DNA of 64,000 nt. Source: Asterias rubens (lineage: Eukaryota). The DNA is taken from assembly GCF_902459465.1 (NCBI RefSeq), contig NC_047068.1, positions 18,042,001-18,106,000 of the forward strand, written 5' to 3'. Each line of letters starts with the position of its first letter. Within the stretch, counting starts at the first letter, position 1. Made by a program: the position numbers and the translations under genes. This document shows positions 1-12,013 of the stretch, in pieces. Below the pieces are notes generated by a model that did no database searches, was not told where the DNA came from, and saw only the letters and a program-made list of their open reading frames with translations.

Positions 1-1949
1 AAAAAGATAATTTTGCATTGGGCCTAGCATTTTGCTCTGCTATAAGGGAAATCGTTCACTTCGACATATTTATTTTTAATGTTGGGATACGCCAAGTGAG
101 AATACTGGTTTTTGACAATTACCACTCATTTCATTTGCTCATCACATGAAACTTCAGATGAGTAGATCGGTCACTGATCTTCTACTTGGCGCGCTTTGCT
201 CGGAGCTTCGTCCCTTTTCCGTGATGGAGCCTTCAACCATGGAGGTCTACCTCCATGCTTCAACTATATCTTCTTAAAATTGGTCAGCTATAGAGTTTCG
301 TAGAATGATGGTGGATGTAAGAGCTTTTGCCTCAAGATATTATCAACTTTCCCGGCCGGATTACCGGCTAAAGTACCGAGAGGTAGTGTAAAGAAGAAAT
401 GGGGGAAAAAATATCTTGTTTTTGACGAGAAACGGGTCGTATAGTTTTGAAGGGGTGAAATGGTGACATGTTTGCGTCGAGTGTATCTGGAAGGGATGTT
501 TTTATTGAGTAGAAATTGAAAGGTTTTTGCTTCGTTCGTGAACCCGCTACTTTGTCAAAACGTAAGGCCTTTTTTTTTTTTGGGGGGGGGGCTGCTTGAG
601 GCCCACCACACAAAAAATAGTATTGGGAACATGCTTTTTTTTTGGGGGGGGGGGTGCCTGCATTGGAAGGTTTGCAAAGTTTTCCTTTTTTATGGGATTT
701 GGATTTAAACAGTTTTAAATTATTTATACTATTTTCAATAAATATTTGCCAGATCAAACATCTTTTTAATCACACTACCACGCCAGCTTTCAATTTCCGA
801 TTCAAGATCAGCCGCAACGCGTGACGTTTCGACAAGTAAGAATTTTAGCAGTCTGATTGAATAATGCAAATGAAGTTTCTAGCAAAAAGCCAATTCCTAA
901 AGCTGTTTTAGTGTTTATTAAAAACATCTGCTTGACGCCGCCGACAGGCTGAATTATAACACAGATTTACAATAAAAAATATAAAAGCACAGGAAATTAT
1001 TTCCATAAATAAAGTTCATTCAAAAGGAAAATATTTATTCCATAGTGGCTATTCCACGGTTGGCGATCATGGGTAAAAGCTCCTAATTAATGGTTTATTG
1101 TACATTTTCTCAAGATATAGAGACAAAAATAATAAACCAAAAGGGAAACTGATTTGGTGAGAATAAAATACATTCAGCATTATTACCCGAACAAGTTAAA
1201 TATCAAAGTTTCCATCGGGTTCCCCTTCCTGCTATCTTTCTTCACCCGACATTCTTACCTGACAACAGATGTGAGTCCACTAAAACGGTCCGGACAGCGA
1301 TGCTGAAAAATCGCAGGTCTGCAAATTGCCCCAAGGTTGAGGCGACTAGTTGTTGAAAAGGCAAAAGCTTTCTCTGTAATTCATCTCAAGATTGAAGAGT
1401 GCCAACTCGGACAAAACACTTTTATACCTGCAGCAAATAATGACGTGCCAGGATGGATTAATAATTTACATTGTGTCTCAAATGTCATCACGTAGCCTCG
1501 TATTTTTTAGCTCTAAAAAAAAAAAAGGTTGTTTTTCTTGTCAACGGGTGAGATCTAATTTGCACCCGCGGGGATAATAGAGAGATCCAATCAAACATCC
1601 AAGGCCCGATCAGAAAATTATTCCAAATCCAATTTTGTGATGAAAACAGATCATAACATCTACCTCTAGATGTGATCTGAAGCAGACACTCTTTCCATGA
1701 TTTGTTTTTTCTTAAAGTCACCTGGAAGTGGTATTTTGTCACTGAAATGTGTGTTTTGATGAGTGGAATATGAATAAACAATTAACTAAGGTTTAACAAA
1801 ATTAGCTTCCATTATATTTACAAATTTGAAAATAAGCCCGACCGAGAGTGCGCTGTTCGTTACGTCAATCGAGGAGCGATGAATCGCATGCAGTGCCAAC
1901 ACAAGATAGTGACGCTTGGCGCAAGCTACAAACATGCCCTCAAAGTTAA

Positions 1950-2324
1950 AGGAACACGTTGCCTTGGATCGGACACGTTGGTCTATGAAAAGCGTTTGAA
2001 ACCGTTTGTTATGAAATGTTTATGGTTAGAAAGATGTTTTAAAAGTAGAATATAATGATCCACACAAGTATCACTCAAAATTGCACGGTTTTCATTTTAC
2101 GTAGCGAACTAACACGGTCGGCCATTTATTTTATGGGAGTCAAATCATAATGGCCGACCGTATTTGTCGACGAGGTAAAACGAAAACCACGCCATTTCGA
2201 GGCATATAGGTGTAGATCATTGTATTCTACTTTTACGGCATCTTTCTAACCATACCGTTTATAACAAACGGTTACAGAACGCTTTTCAAAGACCAACTCG
2301 ACCGATCCAAGGCAACGTATTCCT
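1950..2324. mobile_element. Palindromic TTAA-flanked MITE family A (Kolobok-like, non-autonomous)
   Basis: TTAA|AGGAACACGTTGCCTTGGATCGG ... CCGATCCAAGGCAACGTATTCCT|TTAA; arms stay complementary almost to the centre. Second copy at 55857-56232. TTAA TSD with RR..YY ends fits Kolobok (inference). Confidence 0.85.
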
Positions 2325-2514
2325 TTAAAGCAGTAGCTGATTGTTTTCACGTTAGGCAAATGCCCCTGTAGGTTCGTTACGTCATTCAGCTACTTGTCGA
2401 CTTCCCCACTAGCTGGGAAAAAAATGCTGGGATGGCGTCATGGTTTAGGAAAGAACTTTTTTCTTCATGTCAAAATGTGTAGTGTATTCCGGATTGACAG
2501 CGCTGGAAAAGACG

Positions 2515-2600
2515 TCGGACCCGGACCACTTTGCAAACTGACCCCATCTTTAGTTGTTTTGCTGCAACCAGAAGCAATACACCTGGTCGACCCATTCCGG
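2515..2600 (-). pseudogene. THAP-domain N-terminal relic (transposon-derived)
   Basis: Minus frame reads STRCIASGCSKTTKDGVSL, matching the CxxxGC..GVSL start of THAP zinc fingers; frameshifted right after the ATG and truncated. Confidence 0.55.
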
Positions 2601-3559
2601 AAAAACGCAAGAAAAACCTTTTTCGAAACGGGTGTTTGATGTTCGATCGTGGCAAAGTCTGCCTCGATTGACGTCACAAAAGGGGTAGGTGGAGTGAATT
2701 TCGGGTGGAGTCACCCCCACACAACTTTATTTATTTAAACATATACAAATCGTTACAAAAATTACTTTAAAAATTATGTTATAGTTCAGAAACATGTACA
2801 TGTACTCTAATGTTTGAAAAAATGAAGTAAGATAGTATTATACATAAAAACTAACCTGTGAAAATTTCAATGTAATAGGTGATAGTGTTTTTGCGATGTT
2901 GTCGATAGGAAATGTCCACTCGGGAAACATTATTCTGATTAAGGAATACATAATCTGAGAATCTGATACCTTTTTCCAGCCACAAAACTTCGAAGTGAAG
3001 TTTCTCAACATGCATATAGTATCCAAAGTTGTTGTACTTCTCTTTCCAAGTGAGTTTGTATTGCCATATATTATGTTCAGAGTAATTACCAAATGTGTAC
3101 AGCAGGCTCTTAAAATCTTTCTGGGGATTTGTATCCTTCTTGATATACATCGCGGTGGTTTTTTTAGATGCACTTTGGCGCAATTTGCTGCATGCACAAT
3201 TCAAGAAACAGGGCAGGCGTAGACTGTTCTACGACATTCGTTGTTTTCAACTTGTTTTCGTCTTCAGTGGCATTTACGGCTTGATGTCCTATCCGTCCGT
3301 AAGGGACGTGACAGAGCACTGAGTGGTTTACAATCAAAGGAAAAATTAAGACGACCGTCACTTTTCAATCACTTTGACAATCGATGCTTTGCAGGGAAGC
3401 ACATTTTTTATGCTAAGCAAGACATTTTGTGGGATACATAGCGCAATGGTAACTGTATGGAATTCTGGCTGGTAACTTATACTTCCTCAGCAAGATTTTG
3501 TGTGCTAAGCAAAATGCGTGCTTACAGGCTTTACATGATGTGACCCAGACAAGATAAAG

Positions 3560-4079
3560 CGGTCCTACTACTTGCCGTCAACTCGCCGTCAACTCGCCGC
3601 CCTAAAGCGGTCCTACTACTTGCCGTCAACTCGCCGACTTGCCGTCAACTCGCCGTCAACTCATGTTCGTGCCGTCAACTCATTAAATTTACATGAAAAA
3701 TTTATAAATGGGACACGGAAGTGTTAAGTTTGGGCTAAACTACATTTTTCTCATGGTTTTCGGTAAAAATTCATTCACAAAAACGACTTTGTGTTGATAG
3801 AAATAAAGTACCAATCATTGACATCTTGAGCCAAGACTAATCAATGTGAAAAAGCAAGATGGCGGCCGACGGTTTTGCTGTTTCGAGATATTTTTTTCAC
3901 GAGAAAAAAACTCAATTTTTATTCCGAAATATGACCTAAAACTTTCGCGAATTCTCTTTGAGCTGATACTTTACAGTTCTATGCTTCTTTTGTGGGTTTT
4001 AAATGTATATTGGAGGAGTTGACGGCGAGTTGACGGCGCAAGTGAGTTGACGGCGAGTTGACGGCAAGTAGTAGGACCC
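3560..4079. mobile_element. 520-bp non-autonomous TIR element with 8-bp TSD
   Basis: TIR GGTCCTACTACTTGCCGTCAACTCGCCGTCAACTC at 3561, inverted copy ending 4078; AGATAAAG on both sides (3552-3559, 4080-4087); 11-bp GCCGTCAACTC units in both arms. Confidence 0.85.
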
Positions 4080-6180
4080 AGATAAAGTGGAGCATGGAGG
4101 AATAATATCTGGATGAAGGTATCTCCATCAATGAATGATCTTTCCCTATAAATTTCTCAGTGTTAGCCTGTGATAACAAGTCTTACCTTTCATTATAGTT
4201 TTATCCAAAATAATGTAGCTCCATTTTGTCATATTATTTATACAAACAAAGTTGCTTTTAGCTGCTCCAGATGGACAACTTGTAAGGGTGGCCCTGTCCT
4301 ATACCAAAGAGAGAGATTTACACAGAGATTCCACCCACTTGGTGTATCCACTTTGGGAAGACCTACCATGCATTGGTACACATGAACAATGGGGTACACT
4401 AATTGGAGTTAGCTTCAGGGAGTTGTTGACCAATAATTTTCCTGTGGCTTTTGATGGGTATAATGGATGTTGCAACCGGCAGGGGTCCGTCTTTTCAGAT
4501 AGTACATGCGAGTGGAACTTGCATTGTTCGAGTTTTAAGAAGTCACTGACGTGTTCATTGTTAATGACGTCACGTATGGGTCACATAGGTGCCTAATACA
4601 CACAACGGTAAAAGCATGTACTTTAAATAGGTCGTCTTTAAATCGAGTTTCTTGATAATCTGAACAATTTCTTAAGTTTCTTTCAACTTGGGTAGACCAT
4701 GGAGGATTCGAAGGAAGAGAAGGAGCGCGAACATGCTCGAACGACCCTGACAATGAATACCCTGACAATGCCCCTGTCAGACCAGTGGAAAAAGATAGGA
4801 GGCCTCCAGCTGGACGGCCGATTAACGAGCAGGAATAGATCTCTTTGTACAGAAGGTGCGCAGTTGCGGCCTGCGTGTAAAGTTGAATCATTGGAGACAA
4901 GAATTGTGAATATACACGTTTTCATTTACCGTTTGTGGTGTTTCACTGAAACATCATGGCATATTATTTTTACATTTGTTTGTGTCTTTCCTGTCACTAG
5001 CGGTGGGTAATTAGCACACGAGGGTGGTTGGTATTCAGTTGGTTTTTTTTTCGATTTGGTGGGCGAAAGTGTACACAATTTTTATCAGGTCTCAAAAAAG
5101 TTGTTTTTTCTGTAGTATATCCATACGACATGCGACACCATAGTTGAGTGAAGAACCAAGTGCGCACGCGCAAACTCAAATACGCCAATTTCATAGCGCT
5201 GCTTAATTGCGTGCTTACTGTAGCAGAAAAATTTGTTGAAGCCTTAGCGTATTTCACAGGTTAGCAGACAAATTGGGCGGCCATATTTCTTGTTACCGTG
5301 GATTTACATTGTGACGTCATTTATTTTCATGCGGTAAGCACCGGAAATTTAGCATGCCTTTTCGTGTGCTTACAGTTAGCAGTGCTATGAAATAAAAATT
5401 GCACAGTTAAGCACAAACTCGGCTGCTAAGCAGCACTATGAAATTGGGCCCTGGTCGCCCATTGTCTGTATAAGGTATGTGGGTGATTACGAGGTGTCGT
5501 TAAACGACCGCGGTACCACTACAGGTTCGACTTCTGAAGTCCTCGTTCCAGCTATTTCTCTTCCTTCCTCCATGGTCTAACTAAGTATGGAGGAATTAAT
5601 TTATTACTTCATGGTCCGGGAGGGCACTCCTTGCTCTTATGATGTTTCAAACACGCGCTTACAAAGTGCACACGCCATTTTTTTTAAAGTTTGTGACAAC
5701 TTGAGCCCTTTTAACACGGCAAAACATACCCTTACATGTATCACTTTTAGGTAAAAAGTAAGGCTACCGTAAAACAAAGTTAGTTGTGCTCTGCTCACAG
5801 GTAAAAGGATTATTATTATTTTTATATACTAAATTTTGTTTAAAAAAAAATACCGTTTGTTTCATCATTAGGTGATTTTGTGACTATGTACAGGTAAACG
5901 AAAAGTTAAACAAAATGTATTGGTCCATCGTAGGATAGATACAGCGCATACCTCTTTGATACCCCCACCCCTCCTAACACCCACACACACATTTCCCCAC
6001 CCCGTCCATAGCAACACCCCCCAAAGCAAAGCAACACCCCCTCCATTACCAAACCCCGCCCCTCCTTCTATAACCATGCGAAAGGAGGCCCTCTGTTGAC
6101 AATATTTGATTACTTCGCAGGTCCCCTGCTTTTAAACACGCCGTACATATGCAGTTTGCGTCTGGGAACAGTCATGTGTG

Positions 6181-6206
6181 CCTTTTCTATAGAGGTGTTC
6201 TTAGAG
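6181..6206 (+). promoter_or_regulatory. Probable RPL38 TCT/5'TOP start and non-coding first exon
   Basis: CCTTTTCT at 6181-6188, then a short exon and GAG|gttggt donor at 6207; next acceptor ttgcag| precedes 7257. Same layout as vertebrate RPL38 (non-coding exon 1, exon 2 ending in ATG). Confidence 0.45.
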
Positions 6207-6804
6207 GTTGGTGGAACGATTAATCCAACATTTTCAATCGTTAAAATTGTGCCTTTTTTTTAGGTAATCGTGAAAATTAAATGAACCAAAATTATTTGTA
6301 TAAGTTTTACCTGATTCTCTGTGATAATATTTTTGTATGATGATTAAGTATCGTAGTGAAATATCGAACTGAAAATATCGTTGGCACAAATGCTATAACT
6401 GTGAACGTATTGTAAACTTAAAAATCTAACCCGACCCCAAAATAACCATGTTTAATTAATTTTTAGCCTCAAAAATATCAGGATGCTAGGTTTCCTGTGG
6501 TTGATAATCTCCACAATAAGTGGGCCGGTATTGATGTTATTGTTAACCTTTTGTTGCCATATGTTTCACTGTTTGACTTGGCTGGAGTCCTTGTTTTTAG
6601 GTAAACGACATCGCATTGTGATTTTTGTTTTGTTGATTTTTTTCCCCCCAATTATTCGTAGTAAGCTTTTGTCCGACTCCGATTAATAACAATCTAAATT
6701 GATTTATGGTGTAAATAAAAGCGCATTGAATAATAATACTAATATTTTTAATAAACAATACGAGTTATAATTATATATATATATAAATATAGCGCTCTTT
6801 ACTA

Positions 6805-7146
6805 ATGATACTGATGATACTGATAGTGATAGTGATAGGTAGGACATCAGAAAAACAAACCAACTAGAACTAGGAATCAGTAGGATGGTTTGAGGAACAG
6901 AAATGTCTTCAGGAGGCTTTTGAAAACGGACAAGGAGATCACCTCTCGCGGCTCTTGCAGACCGGCGGGAAGCTCATTCATTCCATAGATGGGGGCAGCC
7001 ATGGCGACCGAGCTATCCCCAGCTTTTCGTATATTTATAGGAACAGAAAGCCGGGTCTGATCAGCTGATGATGACCGTGAAAAGCTCCTGAAACTCCGGG
7101 AAATTACTGTGCAATAGAAATGTGTAGTAATAAAAAAATGCTGCAT
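6805..7146 (-). mobile_element. L2/CR1-group LINE 3' fragment
   Basis: Reads AGDSSVAMAAPIYGMNELP...SLSVFKSLLKTFLF, a decayed GDRAFS.AAP.LWN.LP...SL..FK..LKT.LF ORF2 C-terminus, followed by a short simple-repeat tail at 6805-6840. Confidence 0.75.
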
Positions 7147-7311
7147 TTGACTTTAGACTTGGAGGCATTTGAAGGACATGTCAAGAGCCATTTAGAGACA
7201 AAACAACCTTCATCATAAATTGAAGTTGACGTTAAACTTGTTTTATTCCATTGCAGGTAATTATTGACCTCCATCCTCTGTCTCGAGGTGACATCAAACG
7301 TTTGATACAAA

Positions 7312-10300
7312 ATGGTAGGTACTTTTTATTTCTAATAATAGAAGTCTTGTGAAGAAAGTAAAAGGGTTGGTCAAAGTTTCACCAACCAATCTTGGCACCT
7401 AATTTACAGTCTATCCAACACACCTCTTAAATCCCTCAAGGCTCAGTTGTTTACTTCAAAAACAACTTCCATTAGCCTTTTTAGAGATATGGCACAATGT
7501 ACTCCTAGAACAATGTACTCCGGACGAAACCGAAATAGTTCTAGGAGTATGGCACAATGTAGGAGTGCACTTTTTGGTTATGGTGTACATGGTGTATACA
7601 CACAAATTTACCCAAACCTAACGTGTTGTAGCATTGTGACTGCCAAATCGCTAAAAGGCTTATATGAATCACAGAATATGCGCCATCTTGTTTTTGGAGC
7701 AGATTTGTTTATTTTGATCGTCCACCTTAAATGTAAAGTTAAAGTTCCAAGTTGCAGGCAGCAACCTGTGCTCAAAATAAACAAATCTACCCCTTGAACA
7801 ACTCCGTGATTTGGCTAGCAGCTTGCTTGTTTTTATGAAGCCCAGACTTGATCAAACTGGAAACACTGGTATCAGCCATTCCATTGTGACTCGCGTGACA
7901 ATCTCACTGGTTTTTCAACTTTTGAAAGATCTATACTCCAAAATATAACACATGGCTCTCATGTAACTCAATTTATATAAACTCAGTGAAGAGCCCTATA
8001 ACAAAAAATAAAAAAGGAAAACAAATTGTGTAGGTATCATGTTTTTATAGGAGTTCCAAAAATGTGAATCGCGTGACTGCCAAAAAATGAAAGGTGTTGC
8101 ATCCCTGTATGCCATTGCCCAGTCGTGAGAACTCAGAGGAACTTTTTAGTTCCAGATCACTTTTTTTTTAAGTACAAGAGAAGCACTATATTATACAATA
8201 AAAAGTACAAAATAAAAAGTTTTAATAAAATAGAAAATTTGTTAAATGCAACGTGACTCGCGTGACAGAAGTTTGTGACTCGCGTGACAAGTGAGAAAAT
8301 ATACAATAACTAAACAGGATACTGCATAACAAGAACATTTTATTTCATTCAGAACACTCAGAACTTGAAATTGAATCTTTTCATAAAAGGAAGAAACACC
8401 TGAAGCAACATTTAAAGGAAAAATAATCTGAACAGGCTTTGACTTAAACATGGTAATGTTGGGGTGGTTCTGAAAAGAATTGGTGGTTTAACAACACTGT
8501 CTGGTCGAAACGTTGAGTTGTTAAACCACCGGTTCTTTTCAGAACCACGCAAACCTACAGAGAGAACCCTTACTAGAAATTATTATATTGTTTTGTGATT
8601 GGGTAAAGGACTTTTTTCTCACTATGCTTGGCAGAGTGGTTAAGAAACCACAAATTTTGGTGTGAAGTTCTAATGGCATTAGACTGTGTTAGGCTGAGTA
8701 CATGTAAATTCTGATAAGTAATTTCTTTATTGATGCCCCCCTCCAAATCTAACTTAAGAATACTGTCTTAAAATATCCAGTTTCATCAAATATTTTTGTT
8801 TGTTCTTGTTTTAAGTTTATCATTCCTTGTATTATTTAAATAATGCAGGTAAATTATTCAGACGTGAGCACATTGTACAGTGCAGTATGCAGTGTACATG
8901 TAGTTCAACATGATCTGCTGACAGTGTGCCAAGTTATAATTGTACACTAATAATTCCTTGTTCTAACAAAAAATTGGGCATAGTAGTATGTTCCAGTGGG
9001 CTGGGGGTGCTTTGGTAACATTCCATAGACATCATCCCCAGAATACTTTGGTAGCTTTTGCTAACCATGTGCATTAAGTGCATTTGCCGTGACTCGCGTG
9101 ACAAACTCGAGGGTGTTTTTTTTTTTTTAGGTAGAAGGCCTAAGTAAAAAAAACTAATTAATTCTTGAAAGACCCTTTGAAAAGACCACTATTATGAGAG
9201 AGAAGAAAAAAAATGTTATGGGTCTATAATAGAAAAAATACTATAATCATTGTTTTTGTGACTCGCGTGACAGTAAAACGAGGGTAAAAATTAACTCCCA
9301 TTTTTCAAAAGTTAATAGTTCAAAAAGGCATATTTAATTTTGGCGGTCCTTACTAATGACTCTTTGTTGTTTATACATAATGATTAAATCTGAACACCTA
9401 TTGCTTCATGATTTTTTTTTCAAAACCTGAATTTCAAGGATTGTTCAGACTTTTGTGTACACTTTTTAGTCTTTACTCCCAAGGCTGTCGCAAAAAAAAT
9501 AAAGAATAGTTTTATAAAGTCTTTTTAGAAGACGAAGCACTAGGTGTTCTTGTTCCAAAATAAATGTAAAAACTTCAACAATAACCATTTTAAATTTTTC
9601 ACTATGAAGCGCAAATACCACGGAATCGCTGGTATGGTTTAATTATGCTTCATTCTCACTCCCATCCCAACCACAGCCCCTCGTTTACCTAACTTAAATA
9701 GGGAGAGGTGGAACACTAAAAATTGCTTTCTAATACATTCTAAACAATTTGTTTCTTCTTTTTTTCCTCTCGCTGTTCAGCCAAGAGAAATCCATGAGAT
9801 TAAGGACTTGCTCCTGACTGCTAGAAGAAAGGATGCTAAATGTGAGTACCAAGTATAGAGCCCTGTGGGACACTAAATGTACCAATTTCTGGCCTTTAAT
9901 TAACACAGAGGCCAAGGCCTGGTCTTGGCCACATTGACCCTTACAACGTTTCCTATAGACCTTATGCATTGACGTCATCCAGCCGCCATCTTTGAGGTCA
10001 AACGGTGACGAAACAATCAAAACGCACATAGATTGACCAATGAACAATCTCGTTTTGAACTCAATGCGGGGGCGCCGTACTGAAATGACGTCATGTGCAT
10101 AAGGTCTATTGACTAAAAGATTGTTCAAAGGAAGTGCCCTTTGAAAAATGAAAATGGCCTTGCCCTTTTAAAGGTAAAATTTCAAACCTATAGACGATGT
10201 GACCTCTGACGTCACTCGAAAACCATAACATGATTCACGCGCATACCGCCGGGTAAAACGTTTGTGTTTTGGCAGCCAGCTAGAAAGTGTGGGCAATCTT

Positions 10301-11823
10301 ACCATGACTACGCGTCTTTTTGCCCGGTGGAACATGATGTATCCAGTGTTTTGTCAAAAGAGGGCGGTTTGAATGTAAACATAGGTCACATCGTCTTTAG
10401 TTTGCCATCGATGGCCATCGCCTTCTTTGCCTCCATGAAGTATCCTGCCTGTGCTTACTGGTGCTTATGCTGTCCATCAAATCTGCACCCATTGTTACGT
10501 CCTACTGTATATTCTTCTGTATATTTGGTGTTGAATTGTCACTGTTATGAGGCTTACTGTGGTTGTTTTTGTAAGTTGTTTTGTGATTTAAATTGTTCAA
10601 TTATCTGGGGGGTTTTATGCAGACAATAATAAAGTCTAATCTAATTTATTCAAATCTAATACACATCATATCCAACTGTTCTTCAATAAGAACAGACCCA
10701 CATACCATCAACTCAAAACACTGATTGTAAATTGTTCTGTTGATTTCCAGCCGTCAAGATCAAGAAGAACAAGGACTGTGTAAAGTTCAAGGTCCGATGC
10801 AGTCGCTTCCTTTACACCCTGGTCATCAAGGACACGGAGAAGGCTGAGAAACTTAAGCAGTCGCTCCCACCAGGTAAAAACGGACTGAATTCATGAACTA
10901 CAAGTCAAGCTCATGATTTTACTTGACAATTCTTTCCTGCCAATAACTTTTAAGGTTCACAGTGTACAGTATATAGACCCTTTGCATTGATCCCCATCGC
11001 TGAGGTAAAACAAAGGAGCCTGTATGCGCTGTGCACAGGTCTCAGCCAATAGTACTCCGCACTAATGCTAAAAATAAAAGCTCAGTACCCGGAGTTCAGT
11101 AGCATACGTGCGTGTGCGTTTTATGTCTTTTTGCATTACACGACTACTGTCATCTGGCGCGTTGTTGGTTGCATGATCGCTAAAGTAGTGGATATGTTTT
11201 CTCACAGCCCGGGTAATTTGAGAAAAAGTGGTGTCATTAGTGCGGAGTGCCTCCTTAAACCTCAGTAAGGGCGCTGTTTGGACTCTATTGTGATGGTGAT
11301 GACTTCAGGGGAATTGGTTCAAGGGGCGTTGTTACACTGCTGTTAGTGTACATTGTTTGATCATTAGTTTATATTTCTATATTTTTACTGTAATGGTCAG
11401 ATGCTGAAGAGCTGGCCCGAGGGTGTAAGTGATGGTAATCTCTCCACTCGTTCATTGGTTTCAGATTTTTACTGTTGTGTTTTGTAGCTAATTGTTTCTT
11501 GGCCGAGTTTATAACCACTTGTTTCAAGTACTTGTATGTTTAGGCTTTATTTGTTTTACTGATTAGACTTGTCTGTTGTGGCTTGTATTTTGGCTTAACT
11601 TTTGCTGTTTACTGAAGTTTTAGCTTCTGTTTTCATCTGTGAAGCGCCTTGAGGCTCTAACATTTTTATTATTTTCATTTTCTCTGGCCGAGTGAGGCAA
11701 GTACTATTTCACTGTATTATTAAATGGATGACAACAGGATTTAAATTTAAAAAAATTCTAAATCATCCAAACAATTATCTCTGTCTTTCCATTTTAGGTC
11801 TCCAAGTTAAAGAAATCAAGTGA
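7312..11823 (+). CDS. RPL38: 60S ribosomal protein L38 (eL38), 70 aa
   Basis: Exons 7312-7314 (ATG only), 9781-9841, 10751-10873, 11798-11823 = 213 nt, GT-AG introns at the vertebrate positions. [70 protein letters not shown]. The ATG exon is the least certain part. Confidence 0.97.
9956..10108. mobile_element. TAGAC..GTCTA MITE
   Basis: TIR TAGACCTTATGCA / TGCATAAGGTCTA; related short TIR elements at 10191-10399 and 35753-35926. Confidence 0.7.
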
Positions 11824-12007
11824 GGCAACAGTCAAGAAAGATGGGAGTGATGAATTTGTTCATCTTTGACCTCAACTGATTTGCGTAGGTCCCCTGACCT
11901 GAAGGCAAGTGTCTCCATAATGTGGCACCCAAAATCAATATGACGGACCTCGTTGTCAAATATTACTTCTGTCAATGTTTAACAGTTGTTTTCAGATGTA
12001 TATAGAA

Positions 12008-12013
12008 AATAAA
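12008..12013 (+). terminator. Polyadenylation signal of RPL38
   Basis: AATAAA 185 nt after the stop codon. Confidence 0.55.

Larger units (their letters stand above)
295..3204 (-). other. Candidate spliced minus-strand transcript of unclear coding status
   Basis: Minus-strand splice signals: donor after 2856 (CAG|gttagt), exon 1721-1664, exon 1427-1259 (tgctgcag| ... CAG|gtaaga), and a strong polypyrimidine acceptor before 367. No single continuous ORF and no recognisable protein. Confidence 0.2.

Noticed and set aside
800-840. Type II hammerhead on the minus strand (GAAACGTC..CTGATCT)
   Set aside because: CTGATCT does not fit CUGANGA and the stems are weak.
3561-3680. CRISPR-like array (also 59742-59903 and 21180-21700)
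   Set aside because: These are head-to-tail tandem units with no unique spacers and no cas genes, in eukaryotic DNA.
4693-5579. ORF at 4699 as a gene, or an 890-bp transposon bounded by TAGACCATGGAGG inverted repeats
   Set aside because: No recognisable protein; the inverted match is short and I found no TSD, so neither call is supported.
11289-11406. Box C/D snoRNA in RPL38 intron 4 (GTGATGA..CTGA); similar boxes in the 3'UTR at about 11846-11902
   Set aside because: No convincing terminal stem or rRNA-complementary guide seen; such boxes arise by chance. A snoscan/Infernal run would settle it.
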